A DNA stretch of 64,000 nucleotides from Desulfatiglandales bacterium (GCA_963667015.2 CAXXJJ010000004.1:448001-512000), one strand, 5' to 3'; shown: positions 1-11,440, counted from the first letter of the stretch. The notes: a model not told the origin generated them from the letters alone. A program made the numbers and translations.

Positions 1-3000
1 AGTAATTGAACTCATCATTATTATCTTTATGTCATCGAATACACGGTCTGAGCGAACCGTTTCAGCGAATTCGAAACCATTCATCTCCGGCATATGATAA
101 TCAAGAAGGATCAGGCAGAATTTATTACCATCTTTGTATGATTCATATAGTCGAGCAAGTCCTTCTTTGCCGGTGTTGCAGATTTCACATGAAAAGCCGC
201 AGGGTTCAAGGGTGTTTTTCAGGATAAGACAATTTGTACTGTTATCATCCACAATCAAAACACGATCACAGTTTAGTTCTTTTGAAATGGATTTACGGAT
301 AATTTCTTCATCAGGCTCCCTTTTTTCAAATGTCGCGGTAAAATGAAATGTACTGCCATGCCCGGGTTCACTTTCCGCCCACATATCTCCATCCATCATT
401 TCAGTAAGCTTTTGTGAAATTGTCAGGCCAAGACCTGTACCCCCGTATTTTCTGGTTGTGGACGCATCTACCTGTGCAAAACTTTCAAATATGCATTTAA
501 GTTTCTCTGCAGGAATACCTATACCTGTATCCCTTACAGTGAAATGTAGACAGCAGAACACATCATTGCTCCTGGACGTATCTAAACCGGCATTTATTAC
601 TATCTCACCTTTTTCAGTAAACTTGATGGCGTTACCAACTAAATTTATAATTATCTGCCGCAGCCTGCTGGGATCACCTCTAAGTGCGGAAGGGGTGTCA
701 TTTTCAAGGTTGCATATCAATTCAATCTGTTTGGAATTGGCCTGTGCTGCCATTGTGGATGCAGTTGTTTCAAGTACATTTCTCAGGTCAAAATCAATTT
801 TTTCAAGCTCAAGTTTTCCTGACTCTATTTTAGAAAAATCAAGAATATCATTCAGTAAATCGAGTAATGAAACCGCCGACTGTTTTACAATATCCATATA
901 ATCAAACTGCTGACTGTTCAGCTCCGTTTTAAGGAGCAGTTCGGTCATGCCAATAATGCCGTTCATTGGGGTACGTATTTCATGGCTCATATTGGCAAGG
1001 AATTCACTCTTGGCCTTATTTGCCTCTTCTGCCACAAGTTTGGCCTGTTTAAGTTCCTCTTCAAACTTTTTGCGCTCAGTTATATCATGACTTATTCCAA
1101 CAATACCTTTTACATTGCCATTACTGTCTTCCAACCGGACTTTAGTTGTAAGTATCCAATGGGGTAAACCACTGGTGTGATTTTTAACCTTTTCTTCAAC
1201 ATTTATAAGCGGGATGCCGGTACGTAATATTTTTTGTTCATCTTCATAAAACTTTTTGGCAGATTCATCCTGGTCCTGAAAAATTTCAAGATCTGTCCTT
1301 CCGAGGATGTCTTCCTGGGAATTAAAGCCTAGAATCTGCACAAGCGCCTTATTCATAAGTATAAAACGGGATTTGTCATCTTTGCTGAAGATAGGATCAG
1401 GGATTATATCGATAAGAGTTTTTAGAAGATTCCGTTCATCTGCAAGTTCTCTGGTTCTTTCCTGAACTGTTAACTCCAGTTGCCTGTTGCGTTCACGAAT
1501 GGCCCGTGTCCTTAAATAATAAACAGCCGATACCAGCAGTATTATTAAAAAGGCGCCTGTTATTCTAAACCATGCTGTTTTCCAGAAGGGCGGGGTAATA
1601 ATTATTTTTACGGATGTTCCTTCCTCATTCCAGATATTGTTATTATTCGAACCTTTAACCCGGAATGTGTATTCACCCGGATTAATGTTTGTATATGTTG
1701 CAAGGCGTCGTTTCCCGATGTAATTCCATTCCCTGTCAAATCCTTCCAGCATATAGGCGTACTGATTTTTATCCGAAGACACAAAATTAAGGGCGGTAAA
1801 CCCGAAAGAGAATACCGAATGCTTATAGGAAAGCACCAGTTCATCTGTCTGGCTGATCTGTTTTTTTAGAGGTGAATCCTGAGTGCCGGGTTTAATCGAT
1901 TTGTTGAAAATCTGAAAATCGGTGATAACCACGGGTGGAATATTTTTATTTTCAATTATATTACCGGGATAAAACGCATTGAAACCGTTTTCCCCTCCAA
2001 AATAAAGAGTTCCATTTTTAGATTTATATCTGGATTTTTTTATGAAATTATCGCTCTGCAGTCCGTCAACCTTTGTATAGTTTTTAAATTCCTCTGTCAC
2101 AGGATTAAACCTGGACAACCCTCCGTTTGTACTGATCCAAAAAAATCCATTTAAATCTTTTTCGATTCCAAAAACCAGATCATTCGGGAGTCCATTGCTT
2201 TTAAAATATTTTTTGATTGTCCCGGTTGCCCTGTTTAATTTGTTTAAGCCGTAATTGGTTGCAATCCATATGAAATTTTCATCCTCCTCAAAAATATCGG
2301 TTACAAAATTATGAGAAAGGCTGTTACTGTTTTTTTCATCGTGTGTGTAATTAATATTTTTATTCGTTTCAGGATTAAAGATTGTGAACCCCTTAGATGC
2401 ACCCAGCAGTAAATCCCCCTGTGAGGAGATTTTGATAACCTCAACAAAATTATCAGGCAGTCCGGCATTTTCGCTATTATAATTTATAAATGATTTATCG
2501 GTTTTATTATATTTAATGAGGCCTGCCTGGGTAGCAAACCATAAATTACCCATTTTATCTTCAGCAATATCAAAAACATTGTTGGATGATGGGTTGCTCT
2601 CATTAATAAAATTAATAAAAGATTTTTTCTGCCTGTCAAACAGATTGATTCCGCCGGCCCAGGTCCCCGTCCAGACATTGTTTTCAGAATCTATATATAC
2701 TGTTAATACGGCATCTGACTTAAGATCTGAATTGGACGAATTGTAATATTTAAAATCCTCTGTCTCAGGGTTGAATCTATTTAAACCACCTCCATCTGTT
2801 GCAATCCAGATAATGCCCTGACGGTCTTCAGAAAATTCCCATACCGAATTATGACTGAGTCCATCAGGCATGCTTTTATAGTGAATAAAACCCTGATTAC
2901 TGAAATTAACTACATTTATTCCGCCTGAAAATGTTCCGGCCCAAATGTCTCCTATATTATCCTTATATATAGAGTAGACCGAATCATTGTTAATACTGAA

Positions 3001-3975
3001 TGGATCATTTTGAGATGATTTGAAATGTGTAAAATTTTGTGTGTTTTTATTCAGCAGGTTTATTCCACCATTTTCAGTACCAATCCAGAGTTCCCCTTTT
3101 TGGCCTTCGCAAATAGCAAGAATATCATTACTCGAAAGGCTGTTTTCATTATTGGGATTATTTTGAAAATGTTTAAATACCTGTTTATCGATTTCATCGA
3201 CCTTTATAAATGATAATCCTTTTCCATAACATGCAAACCACAAATAACCCTCGGAATCTTCAAAAATAGTATAGACCTTATTCCCTATCAGACTGTGAGG
3301 ATTTTCTTCCTGATGTTCCAATCTTTTGAAGCTGTCTGTTATATAGTCGTAAATATTCAGTCCGCCGCCATCCGTTGCGATCCATATATTTCCTTTGCTG
3401 TCTTCAAATATTTGTTTGATTTTATTACTTCTTAATCCGCCATCTTCATTGCCGGCCTTATAGATTTTTATATTATCTGATTCAGGGTCATAAAGAAACA
3501 ACCCGTCATCATTGGTTCCAAGCCATAAATTCCCCTTTTTGTCCTTAAAGACATTTAAAATATCTACCTCTTCCAGTGCATATCCATTCCGGGAATTATA
3601 ATTAATGAACTTATCCTGTTCTCTGTCATACCTGGATAGACCGTTGGAGGTACCTATCCACAGGTTACCTTTATTGTCTTCATATATTGATTTGATCTGA
3701 TTTGATATTATTGAGGTCATGTCATTTGGATCATGGCGGTAAACAGTAAAATTATAACCATCATACCTGTTTAATCCGTCAAATGTCCCAAACCATAAAA
3801 ATCCCTGGCAATCCTGGATTATTGAGGTGACTGTCGATTGCGAGAGTCCATTATCCGTTGTTATATGGTCAAATTTAAGCTTTGAAAGGTTAGACGAATA
3901 TAAGCAGGGAGCCTGAAGTATATAAATAAAGATTATTATTAAAAAGAAAAAAAATTTTTTATTGATATGTATCAT
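1..3975 (-). CDS. Hybrid sensor histidine kinase/response regulator (Reg_prop beta-propeller repeats, Y_Y_Y, TM, PAS, HisKA, HATPase, REC); 3' end runs off the window
   Basis: Absent from the ORF track because it is open at the window edge. Manual translation from ATG 3975 gives [15 protein letters not shown]...[41 protein letters not shown]. The same frame carries [17 protein letters not shown] (~1839), the H-box [15 protein letters not shown] (~1000), GGTGLGL and a REC-like VLIVDDN. Frame checked at both ends and at internal points. Confidence 0.92.
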   Translation of the reverse strand, partial: MIHINKKFFFFLIIIFIYILQAPCLYSSNLSKLKFDHITTDNGLSQSTVTSIIQDCQGFLWFGTFDGLNRYDGYNFTVYRHDPNDMTSIISNQIKSIYEDNKGNLWIGTSNGLSRYDREQDKFINYNSRNGYALEEVDILNVFKDKKGNLWLGTNDDGLFLYDPESDNIKIYKAGNEDGGLRSNKIKQIFEDSKGNIWIATDGGGLNIYDYITDSFKRLEHQEENPHSLIGNKVYTIFEDSEGYLWFACYGKGLSFIKVDEIDKQVFKHFQNNPNNENSLSSNDILAICEGQKGELWIGTENGGINLLNKNTQNFTHFKSSQNDPFSINNDSVYSIYKDNIGDIWAGTFSGGINVVNFSNQGFIHYKSMPDGLSHNSVWEFSEDRQGIIWIATDGGGLNRFNPETEDFKYYNSSNSDLKSDAVLTVYIDSENNVWTGTWAGGINLFDRQKKSFINFINESNPSSNNVFDIAEDKMGNLWFATQAGLIKYNKTDKSFINYNSENAGLPDNFVEVIKISSQGDLLLGASKGFTIFNPETNKNINYTHDEKNSNSLSHNFVTDIFEEDENFIWIATNYGLNKLNRATGTIKKYFKSNGLPNDLVFGIEKDLNGFFWISTNGGLSRFNPVTEEFKNYTKVDGLQSDNFIKKSRYKSKNGTLYFGGENGFNAFYPGNIIENKNIPPVVITDFQIFNKSIKPGTQDSPLKKQISQTDELVLSYKHSVFSFGFTALNFVSSDKNQYAYMLEGFDREWNYIGKRRLATYTNINPGEYTFRVKGSNNNNIWNEEGTSVKIIITPPFWKTAWFRITGAFLIILLVSAVYYLRTRAIRERNRQLELTVQERTRELADERNLLKTLIDIIPDPIFSKDDKSRFILMNKALVQILGFNSQEDILGRTDLEIFQDQDESAKKFYEDEQKILRTGIPLINVEEKVKNHTSGLPHWILTTKVRLEDSNGNVKGIVGISHDITERKKFEEELKQAKLVAEEANKAKSEFLANMSHEIRTPMNGIIGMTELLLKTELNSQQFDYMDIVKQSAVSLLDLLNDILDFSKIESGKLELEKIDFDLRNVLETTASTMAAQANSKQIELICNLENDTPSALRGDPSRLRQIIINLVGNAIKFTEKGEIVINAGLDTSRSNDVFCCLHFTVRDTGIGIPAEKLKCIFESFAQVDASTTRKYGGTGLGLTISQKLTEMMDGDMWAESEPGHGSTFHFTATFEKREPDEEIIRKSISKELNCDRVLIVDDNSTNCLILKNTLEPCGFSCEICNTGKEGLARLYESYKDGNKFCLILLDYHMPEMNGFEFAETVRSDRVFDDIKIIMMSSIT

Positions 3976-4184
3976 TAAATTAAAATATCTTTAAATAAAT
4001 AAAAGTGTGCAAAATTAATTTTTCTATTTTGTTGGCTCAATATACAATAAATGAAAATAAATTTTATTGAATGATTTGAACTCATTAATCCATATCGGCA
4101 TCAATTGGGATAACCTTCACGAAAATAAAGGGATATTTGGAATTGTAGATTCCTCCCCTTTAAAAGCAGCAACAGATATGATGC

Positions 4185-4625
4185 TCATGAATCAAGCATA
4201 CATTTTTCAGAATCATCATTTCCCTGATAATAGCGTGCTTCAATCAGGTTTTCTTCCGGATCCCTGAAATAAATTGATGTTCCGGTTCCATGAGCGCCCC
4301 AGCGAAGGACCGGTCCTTCAACAATGCTGATATTACAGTTTTTTAATCGATCAATAAGTTCATCCCAGGACTTTTTATCCATGGAAAAGCAGAAATGATT
4401 TAAATGAGCCCTGCATGGCTCTGTGGCCGCATCCTTCTGCCATAGTCTTTTGGGAAAAAGGTCTATTACAGTATCTGCATTCAAACGGACAGAAGGAAAG
4501 GGCACCTTTCGAGAACGGTATTCTTCCAGCCGTTCGGTTTCAAGCAGGAGCACCTTTGAATAAAAATCAATCATTGCATCATCATCTTCCATATTTAAAA
4601 CAATATGATCCATCATGCATTGCAT
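4185..4625 (-). CDS. VOC/glyoxalase family protein
   Basis: DHIVLN, NHFCF and SIYFRDPEENLIE motifs; GGAGG RBS at 4633-4637. Confidence 0.85.
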   Translation of the reverse strand: MQCMMDHIVLNMEDDDAMIDFYSKVLLLETERLEEYRSRKVPFPSVRLNADTVIDLFPKRLWQKDAATEPCRAHLNHFCFSMDKKSWDELIDRLKNCNISIVEGPVLRWGAHGTGTSIYFRDPEENLIEARYYQGNDDSEKCMLDS

Positions 4626-4669
4626 GGTAAAACCTCCACAGGGTAATTTACTTGTTCGCCGGTTTAATA

Positions 4670-6463
4670 CCTGAATTTTGCATGATTAAATAAAAAAAGC
4701 TTGAAAAACCATCTGGGTAACCTGTTATTAAAGGGTTTTGAGGAACCAAAATAAATAACAGGAGGAAACCCAGATGGTAAAGAAACAAAAAGACAATAGC
4801 ACGGAAAAGGTTGTAGGTAAAGGTTCTGGATCTGAGGGCGGGAGAGCTAGAAAAATCAATGCTTCCACGGTTTATGAAACATGCACCGAGCAGTTAAGTG
4901 CATTTGGAGGGCTTCTTGGGCTAATCAAGTTTTTTGATCTGATTGAGTTTGAAGAGATATTCAAAAATAAATATATTGCGCCAGACCGGAAAACCAAGCT
5001 GGGCAATTATCATATGGTAGTGGGGGTATTAACGCTACTCTTTATAGGGTTCAACAGATTATGGCATTTTACGTATATTCGACTTGATGCAATGGTATGC
5101 GGATATTTTCAGGTTGAGGCATTACCGGTGGCAAGTACCTTCTGGCGTTATGTGAACAGTCTGGGTATAAATCAAGCCAATGCGCTGTTAAGTATCATGA
5201 GGGTGTTAAGGGAACGTGTTTGGTTGTTATGCGGCCTTAAATATAAGCAGATACATATAAGCACAGACACGACAGTTGAAACGGTATATGGAAATCAACA
5301 AGGAAGCAGGAAAGGCCATAACACAAAAAATAGAGGGAAAAAGGGCTATCGACCTGTACTATGTTTTATCGATGAGACAAGAGAATATCTTATTGGCAAA
5401 CTCCGAAAAGGTGAAACAATGAGCAGTGTGGAAGTAGGTAAGTTTATAAAAAAAATCAAAGAGCATTTACCGGGCTGTGTTGAAGAAGTTCTCTTTCGTG
5501 GAGACGGAGAGTTTTTCGGATGGGAAAGCGTTGAAGCATGCATTGAAGTTTTCTTTGATTACATTATTGCCAATAAAGGGGCCAATCCGCCTTTTGATCC
5601 AAAAGCATGGTACAAACCTAATAAAAAGCAACTGGTTGAATATAGCAGTTGTGTATACCAGCCCATAGGCTGGGAGTGTCCATGCAGGTTTGTTGCAATG
5701 AGGTTTCCTAAAGATCAAAATAGTTCTCCTGATGAACCTGTACAATACGAATTGTTCGAGGATGATAGATACACATATCGGATTTTCTGCACAAGCCTTA
5801 CAAAGAAAGCCCATAAAGTAATAGCAGAGTATGATAAAAGAGCTGATGTAGAGAACCTGGTTGGAGAAGCAAAAAGAGAAGGGCTTGAAGCAATTCCTTC
5901 AGCTAAATTTAAAAATAACTATGCCTATTTTCAGATTGTAATGCTGGCCTATAATATCTGGCGCTACTATAAAATGATGGCCCAACTGAGTAACCAGGAA
6001 GTTACATCTTCAGATGATAGGAATGCAACTCCCTATCCTTCTTTAAGTGGACTTGCAAACAATCAGGTTCGAATTGCTAGATTAAGGCTTTTATTAATAG
6101 CCGCAAAAGTAGTTTATCATTCGAAGGATAAAGTAAAGTATTCTATCCACGATATGCGAACACCAGGGCTAATGCATTTTATGTGTTACCTTGATAGAGC
6201 GAGAGAGAAAATAAAACCATGGGTTGAAGGTAGCCCCTGGAATTGTCGTTTTTCATTAAACAATATGCGTGCATAAAATTTCTTGCATGAGAAATACCAT
6301 GCTGAAAAAATATTAAGAAAAAATGAAAAATGATTGAAATTAAATGTTGTGACGAGTTGAATAACAGGCGAAATATCAAACGCGCTTAGTTCAACTCTCA
6401 ATAAGCTAAGATAGAAATTTATTTTTTTATTCTTGGAGTGATCAATTGTGTGCAAAATTCAGG
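4670..6463 (+). mobile_element. IS1380-family insertion sequence, apparently complete (1794 bp)
   Basis: Perfect 13-bp TIRs CCTGAATTTTGCA (4670-4682) and TGCAAAATTCAGG (6451-6463); 5-bp direct repeat TAATA at 4665-4669 and 6464-6468; one transposase ORF. Confidence 0.95.
4774..6276 (+). CDS. IS1380-family DDE transposase
   Basis: 500 aa; LSAFGGL, DTTVETVYGNQQG, GYRP, FRGDGEF and YDKRADVENLVGEAK motifs typical of IS1380 transposases. Confidence 0.92.
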   Translation: MVKKQKDNSTEKVVGKGSGSEGGRARKINASTVYETCTEQLSAFGGLLGLIKFFDLIEFEEIFKNKYIAPDRKTKLGNYHMVVGVLTLLFIGFNRLWHFTYIRLDAMVCGYFQVEALPVASTFWRYVNSLGINQANALLSIMRVLRERVWLLCGLKYKQIHISTDTTVETVYGNQQGSRKGHNTKNRGKKGYRPVLCFIDETREYLIGKLRKGETMSSVEVGKFIKKIKEHLPGCVEEVLFRGDGEFFGWESVEACIEVFFDYIIANKGANPPFDPKAWYKPNKKQLVEYSSCVYQPIGWECPCRFVAMRFPKDQNSSPDEPVQYELFEDDRYTYRIFCTSLTKKAHKVIAEYDKRADVENLVGEAKREGLEAIPSAKFKNNYAYFQIVMLAYNIWRYYKMMAQLSNQEVTSSDDRNATPYPSLSGLANNQVRIARLRLLLIAAKVVYHSKDKVKYSIHDMRTPGLMHFMCYLDRAREKIKPWVEGSPWNCRFSLNNMRA

Positions 6464-7748
6464 TAATAATCTGATAATTCCCGCTTAAATGCATGAGGCT
6501 GAAGAGATATAATAAGCCGTCATAATAGGGATCAAAATACCCGTCTTCATACGGCTCAAGTCTGGCATTCCAGACCTCATCAATAAATTTCCAGCTTTTT
6601 GCCTGTGTGCCCATTAGAGACGCTGCTGCTGAAGTGGAAACCAGACCGAGTGAATGACGTAATTTTTTAAAACCCCCGGCCGGAAGTATCCAGTCCGGAA
6701 GGGTGCCGTCTACATTGTACTGATCTTCAAAGGTCTCAAGACCCCTGCAATAAAGAAAATTCTGTATACGTTTGGCATAGTCCTTTTGCCACTCTTTGTC
6801 TCTGGCATACCATGAATAGTCCATGGCAATGTTCATTGGGACACGCCATGAATCAAATCTAAAGGCCGGCGGGAAAAAATTCTGTTTTGGAAGCTCTCCG
6901 CTGTACAGGGTGATATCCGGATTAAGGCCGGTTTCAGGATGACACACTTTGTGCAGGTATTTACGTGCCTTGTCAGCGCATGCCCTGTAAAACTCTTCAT
7001 GGCCGTCTCTGGCATACTCAGCCCATACCTCAAAAAAAGCCGGCAGATAGTAGGATGGATCTGTCTGGTCATATCTTTCAGACTCAGGGACAAAACTGAT
7101 CTGCTTGTGCTCCACATTAATTATATTATTAATGCCTTCTGAGCCGTCCTTGCTCCACATGGCGTCGAGAATTCTTCTTGCCTCGCCATAATAATCAATT
7201 CCGGTATCATTTCCCCACCTGTTGGAGGCAAAGAGCAGGGCGGTTACAAAATATAGCTCTCCGTCAGAAGCGGTGCCTTCGGAATTGTGCTTGCCGGTTT
7301 GTGGGTTAACAGACCATGCAAAGTAACCGTCACGCGGTCCGCCCTGATGCTGCATATACTTTTTTGACCACCGCCATAATCGGTCAAATACATCCTTTTT
7401 ATTTAACTGTACTGCTGCCATCATACCGTAGGAAAGGCCTTCAGTTCGGGCATCCTTGTTTTTGATGTCAGAAACATAGGCCATATCATCACCTACCTCA
7501 AAGTAGACCCTGTTGGGCCCTTCAAATAAATCAGAGTAGGCCTTTGCAAGCTTTGCATCGATGTCTTTCTGTTTATATCCGGCCTCAAGAAAAAGGTTTC
7601 GATATTTGCCGGTTTCCCATGCGCCCTTTTCCCATGGGATCATTTTACCACGGGGATCATTGATATCATTTTTACAGTTATCACCTGAATAGGCAGACAT
7701 AGGTAAACATAGAGTAATAAGCAGAATAAACAAAACAGATCTTTTCAT
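6459..7748 (-). CDS. Glycoside hydrolase family 8 (xylanase / reducing-end exo-oligoxylanase-like), secreted; C-terminus altered by the IS
   Basis: Signal peptide; RTEGLSYGMM, ASDGELY, TDPSY, FDSWRVPMN and YYDGLLY motifs. Confidence 0.9.
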   Translation of the reverse strand: MKRSVLFILLITLCLPMSAYSGDNCKNDINDPRGKMIPWEKGAWETGKYRNLFLEAGYKQKDIDAKLAKAYSDLFEGPNRVYFEVGDDMAYVSDIKNKDARTEGLSYGMMAAVQLNKKDVFDRLWRWSKKYMQHQGGPRDGYFAWSVNPQTGKHNSEGTASDGELYFVTALLFASNRWGNDTGIDYYGEARRILDAMWSKDGSEGINNIINVEHKQISFVPESERYDQTDPSYYLPAFFEVWAEYARDGHEEFYRACADKARKYLHKVCHPETGLNPDITLYSGELPKQNFFPPAFRFDSWRVPMNIAMDYSWYARDKEWQKDYAKRIQNFLYCRGLETFEDQYNVDGTLPDWILPAGGFKKLRHSLGLVSTSAAASLMGTQAKSWKFIDEVWNARLEPYEDGYFDPYYDGLLYLFSLMHLSGNYQIIT

Positions 7749-7764
7749 TTAACAACTCCTTTTA

Positions 7765-8949
7765 CTATGTTGTGTAATGTGCATTAATATCGATATATCC
7801 TTCTGTTAAGTCACATCCCCAGACTTTCTCAGAAAAGGGACCTTTTCCCAGTACGATTTCTATATGGACTTCATTATTGTCCAGTATCTTAGAGATATCA
7901 TCCAGCGGTACCTTATCCTGATCAAGTGTCTCTGCATCAAGCCTGATTCGGTTATTTCCTTTTCCGAAAAATATCTTTAACTCCGAGATATCTACAGAGT
8001 ACCGGAACACCTTTCCAATCGCCATGACAAATCTTCCCCAGTTGGGGTCGCAGCCATATATTGCTGTCTTTACCAGGGGGGAGTTTACAACCGATTTTGC
8101 CGTTAACAGTGCCTGCTCCTGTGTCTGAGCTCCGGACACGATCAGTTCAATTAGTTTTGTTGCTCCTTCACCGTCACGGGCTATCTCTTTTGCCAGGAAT
8201 ATAGCCATATCAGTAAGGTTAGATTCAAATTCTTTAAGGTCAACGGGTCCGGCAAGGCCGTTACACATGGCAACTACAGTGTCACTTGTTGACGTATCAG
8301 TATCAACCGATATCCTATTGAATGATTTATTAACGGCATTTACCAGGATAGTATGGAGTTTACCGGAGTCAATTTCTGCATCTGACATGAAATAACAGAG
8401 CATGGTAGCCATATTGGGTTCAATCATACCGGAGCCCTTCGCAATTCCGAGTATTTTGGCATTGCCGACTTTTCCGGTTACCCACTTCGGGCGGGTATCG
8501 GTTGTCATTATGCTGCGGGCAAAATCAGTGGCATGCTGCTCTGTCTTTCCGAAATCCTGTTTAAGGCTTTTACATCCTGCTGTTATTATATCCATTGGCA
8601 GACGCGGCCCAATAACACCGGTGGAAGAGGGCAGTACCATTTCGGTTTGTATACCGCAGGTTTCAGCAACAAGGCTGCATATTCTTTTTGAATCTGCAAT
8701 TCCATGGGCTCCTGTAGCCACATTGGCATTCTTCGAGTTTACAATAACTGCCTGAAGCTTCCCATCCTTAATATGCTCTTTCCCCACAATAACAGGAGCT
8801 CCGGGCATTGTGTTTCTGGTAAAAACACCGGCGGCATTGCATACCCTGTCCGACAGGATGCCTCCAAAATCCAGTGTACTGTCTTTAATCCTTATATTTT
8901 TACCGAACCAGCTAAAGCCCGGTACTGTTTCAATCTTGTTTTCTATCAT
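7765..8949 (-). CDS. argJ: Ornithine acetyltransferase / N-acetylglutamate synthase ArgJ
   Basis: AKGSGMIEPNMATML, DTDTSTSD, RDGEGATK, DPNWGR and INAHYTT motifs. Confidence 0.96.
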   Translation of the reverse strand: MIENKIETVPGFSWFGKNIRIKDSTLDFGGILSDRVCNAAGVFTRNTMPGAPVIVGKEHIKDGKLQAVIVNSKNANVATGAHGIADSKRICSLVAETCGIQTEMVLPSSTGVIGPRLPMDIITAGCKSLKQDFGKTEQHATDFARSIMTTDTRPKWVTGKVGNAKILGIAKGSGMIEPNMATMLCYFMSDAEIDSGKLHTILVNAVNKSFNRISVDTDTSTSDTVVAMCNGLAGPVDLKEFESNLTDMAIFLAKEIARDGEGATKLIELIVSGAQTQEQALLTAKSVVNSPLVKTAIYGCDPNWGRFVMAIGKVFRYSVDISELKIFFGKGNNRIRLDAETLDQDKVPLDDISKILDNNEVHIEIVLGKGPFSEKVWGCDLTEGYIDINAHYTT

Positions 8950-9654
8950 TTATATCTTCTCATCATTTTTTACAGCTTCTCTCAGTGCTGCTCTTGCCAA
9001 TAAACGTGTTGAATCCAGGGTTGGTAACGGAGAGTCATCAGGATCGACAATAAGCGGAATTTCTGTACATCCCAGAACAACTGAATCGCACCCCTTATTT
9101 TGAAGTTTTTGAAACACCTCATTAAAATACAACCTTGATTCTTCCGGAAAGACTCCGTTGACAAGCTCCTTAAATATAATATTGTCGATTTTTTCACGAT
9201 CGTTTTTATCAGGTGTCTGACATTTGATATCATGTTTTTTTAGTGTTTGCGGATATACGGGGCCTGTCATCAGATATTTTGTTCCTGTAATGCCTAAATT
9301 CTTATACCCATTTTCTTTTGCTTCTTCAGCAACAGCTTCTGCAATATGAAGCCATTGAACAGGATACTCTTTTATTACTAAATCGAAAGCTTCATGGATA
9401 GTATTGTCCGGGCAAATTAATAATTCGGCCCCAATGTTAGACAATTTTATTGCAGATGATAACATTAAATCTGCAACCCCCTGCCAGTTGCCAGAGCGGA
9501 TATGTGTCATATATTCACCAAGAGGATGCGTATGCATCGATACTTCAGGATGCATATGTTCTCCCATTATAAAAGGCGCTTCTGAACATATGGTTCGATA
9601 ACATAGTGCAGCACCTTCTGCACTGCAGGCTACAATTCCGATATGTTTGGTCAT
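8950..9654 (-). CDS. Aspartate/glutamate racemase family protein
   Basis: CPDNTIH and LGCTEIP motifs. Confidence 0.88.
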   Translation of the reverse strand: MTKHIGIVACSAEGAALCYRTICSEAPFIMGEHMHPEVSMHTHPLGEYMTHIRSGNWQGVADLMLSSAIKLSNIGAELLICPDNTIHEAFDLVIKEYPVQWLHIAEAVAEEAKENGYKNLGITGTKYLMTGPVYPQTLKKHDIKCQTPDKNDREKIDNIIFKELVNGVFPEESRLYFNEVFQKLQNKGCDSVVLGCTEIPLIVDPDDSPLPTLDSTRLLARAALREAVKNDEKI

Positions 9655-9699
9655 AATTTTTCCTTATATGTGAGGTTTTTATGCAAAATATATTTTTTT

Positions 9700-10197
9700 C
9701 TATGCAATCTCTGTTAGTTCTGTGAGACATATGTTTTTATTTATTTTCTCCAGAAACACCAAAGTCAATTTTTCCGATACCTTTTTATTATTAAAAAATT
9801 GATAACCATTTTTAGTATATAAGTGCAGGTTTTTTTCGCTCTTTTTGCCGGTAAATAATTCATATCTTTCTGCATCCGGATATTGCTTTTCGGCTTCAAA
9901 TAGCAGTTTTGTACCAATACCAAGATTCTGATGGTTCGGGTGTACGATCAATTTACCAATATAGCCGGTTCCCATTTCCAGGTAAATTCTGACTGAACCG
10001 GCAATTTTATTATCGATCTCATATTTTAAAAAGATCTGATTCCTGAATTCGGATAGTATCTCGTCCATTTTCTGGTGTAATGGCGGAATTGTGAAATCAT
10101 CAATTATTTCAGCTTCACTTATATATGCAAGTTTCTGAAGCTCAAGAATTTCTTCAACATCCTCTATGGATGCTCTCTCTATATAGACATTACTCAT
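9700..10197 (-). CDS. GNAT family N-acetyltransferase
   Basis: LIVHPNHQNLGIGTKLL acetyl-CoA motif; NLHLYTKNGY. Confidence 0.9.
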   Translation of the reverse strand: MSNVYIERASIEDVEEILELQKLAYISEAEIIDDFTIPPLHQKMDEILSEFRNQIFLKYEIDNKIAGSVRIYLEMGTGYIGKLIVHPNHQNLGIGTKLLFEAEKQYPDAERYELFTGKKSEKNLHLYTKNGYQFFNNKKVSEKLTLVFLEKINKNICLTELTEIA

Positions 10198-10227
10198 ATC
10201 AATACTCTTTCAAATTATAGGATATAT

Positions 10228-10919
10228 TCAAAAAAGCATCTCAACTACTTTTTCAACATGAATCCTGGTAGTATCAAGAAAGGGTATTCCAATATTATCA
10301 GTTTCCTTTAAGATTAAAGGCAGTTCTGTGCCTCCCAATATAATTGCCTCTACCCCGGTGCTTTCTTTTAATCTTTTTGAAATATTAAGCAATTCCTGTT
10401 TTGTGCTCTCTTTTATGATTCCTTTAACCAGTTCCCCCATGTATTTATCGTGAATATAAGCCCGGTCGTCTTTGTCAGGAATAAATACCTTGATTTTGCT
10501 TTCAGCAAAAACGTCATTGTAAAATCCACCCTGCATGGTAAATCCTGTACCAAAGAGACCTACCTGTTTATATCCTTCTTTAACGGCCCTGTCCCGTGCA
10601 GCATTTACAATACTTATTAAAGGCAAAGGTGCTAGACTCTTTAACTGTTTGAAGACAATGTGGGGCGTGTTTGATGCAAGCAGGGCAAAATCAGCGCCTG
10701 CTTTATTAAGTTTTTCTATTTCAAGCAGCAGGAAGTCTGTGACATTTTCCAGTTCATTTTTCCCGATGAGTTCCAGCATTCTCTTCATATTAATACTGTT
10801 TATTATTACCTGTGGATAGTTACCATTTTTTCCCTCTGAAGGAAGGATGAGACTATCATGCGGTAATACTCCACTGTTGATTCAGGGCCTATACCCCCTA
10901 TAATACCAACTGTTTTCAT
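10228..10919 (-). pseudogene. Aspartate racemase family gene with a 1-nt frameshift (pseudogene or sequencing error)
   Basis: ATG 10919 gives MKTVGIIGGIGPESTVEYYR, then goes out of frame at the T6 run 10826-10831. One extra base would give EKNGNYPQVIINSINMKR and a continuous 230-aa protein. Confidence 0.85.
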
Positions 10920-10972
10920 TTTTTATATCCTATACTGTATTTCAGTTAATATCATTAATTGCAGCCGCACGA

Positions 10973-11437
10973 TTATTCTTTCTTTTGCCAGATATAATAG
11001 GGGCCTCTTTCTTCTACCCAATTATCAATGCCAAGTTCCATTATCTTTAACAGGTTTTTGTATGGTGTGTCGCCGCAGCGCGGAGTCAGTATATCGAACT
11101 TTTTGCACTCTTTAAAATCGGCACATTCCCAGCAGCCCTCATAATTTTTTTCTTCAGCGCATTTCATGATTTTACAGGGATTTCCGCCACAGCCATTGCC
11201 TGTTCGGCATGGTTCTGTACAGTCGTTTCTTGCGATAAACTTCAATATGTCAATAAACTCCCTGTAGTATTCCAGTTCAGTTCCAAAGGGGCTTTTAACA
11301 GATGCGTATCTTTCAAAATTAACCTGCTCAAGTTTATCCATCAGCTCATCGGCAAAATTACTGAAATTATTCCGATACCACATGCAGTCCGCGCAATATA
11401 CACCACAGCAGGCAGTTAAGTCTTTATTATGGTTCAT
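10973..11437 (-). CDS. DUF3795-like Cys-rich protein
   Basis: CCGVYCADC ... CKIMKC ... GCWEC ... C pattern. Confidence 0.75.
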   Translation of the reverse strand: MNHNKDLTACCGVYCADCMWYRNNFSNFADELMDKLEQVNFERYASVKSPFGTELEYYREFIDILKFIARNDCTEPCRTGNGCGGNPCKIMKCAEEKNYEGCWECADFKECKKFDILTPRCGDTPYKNLLKIMELGIDNWVEERGPYYIWQKKE

Positions 11438-11440
11438 TTC

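Noticed and set aside
6280..6450. ISEcp1-like outward promoter in the IS right end
   Set aside because: TTGAAA is present, but no convincing -10 at the right spacing
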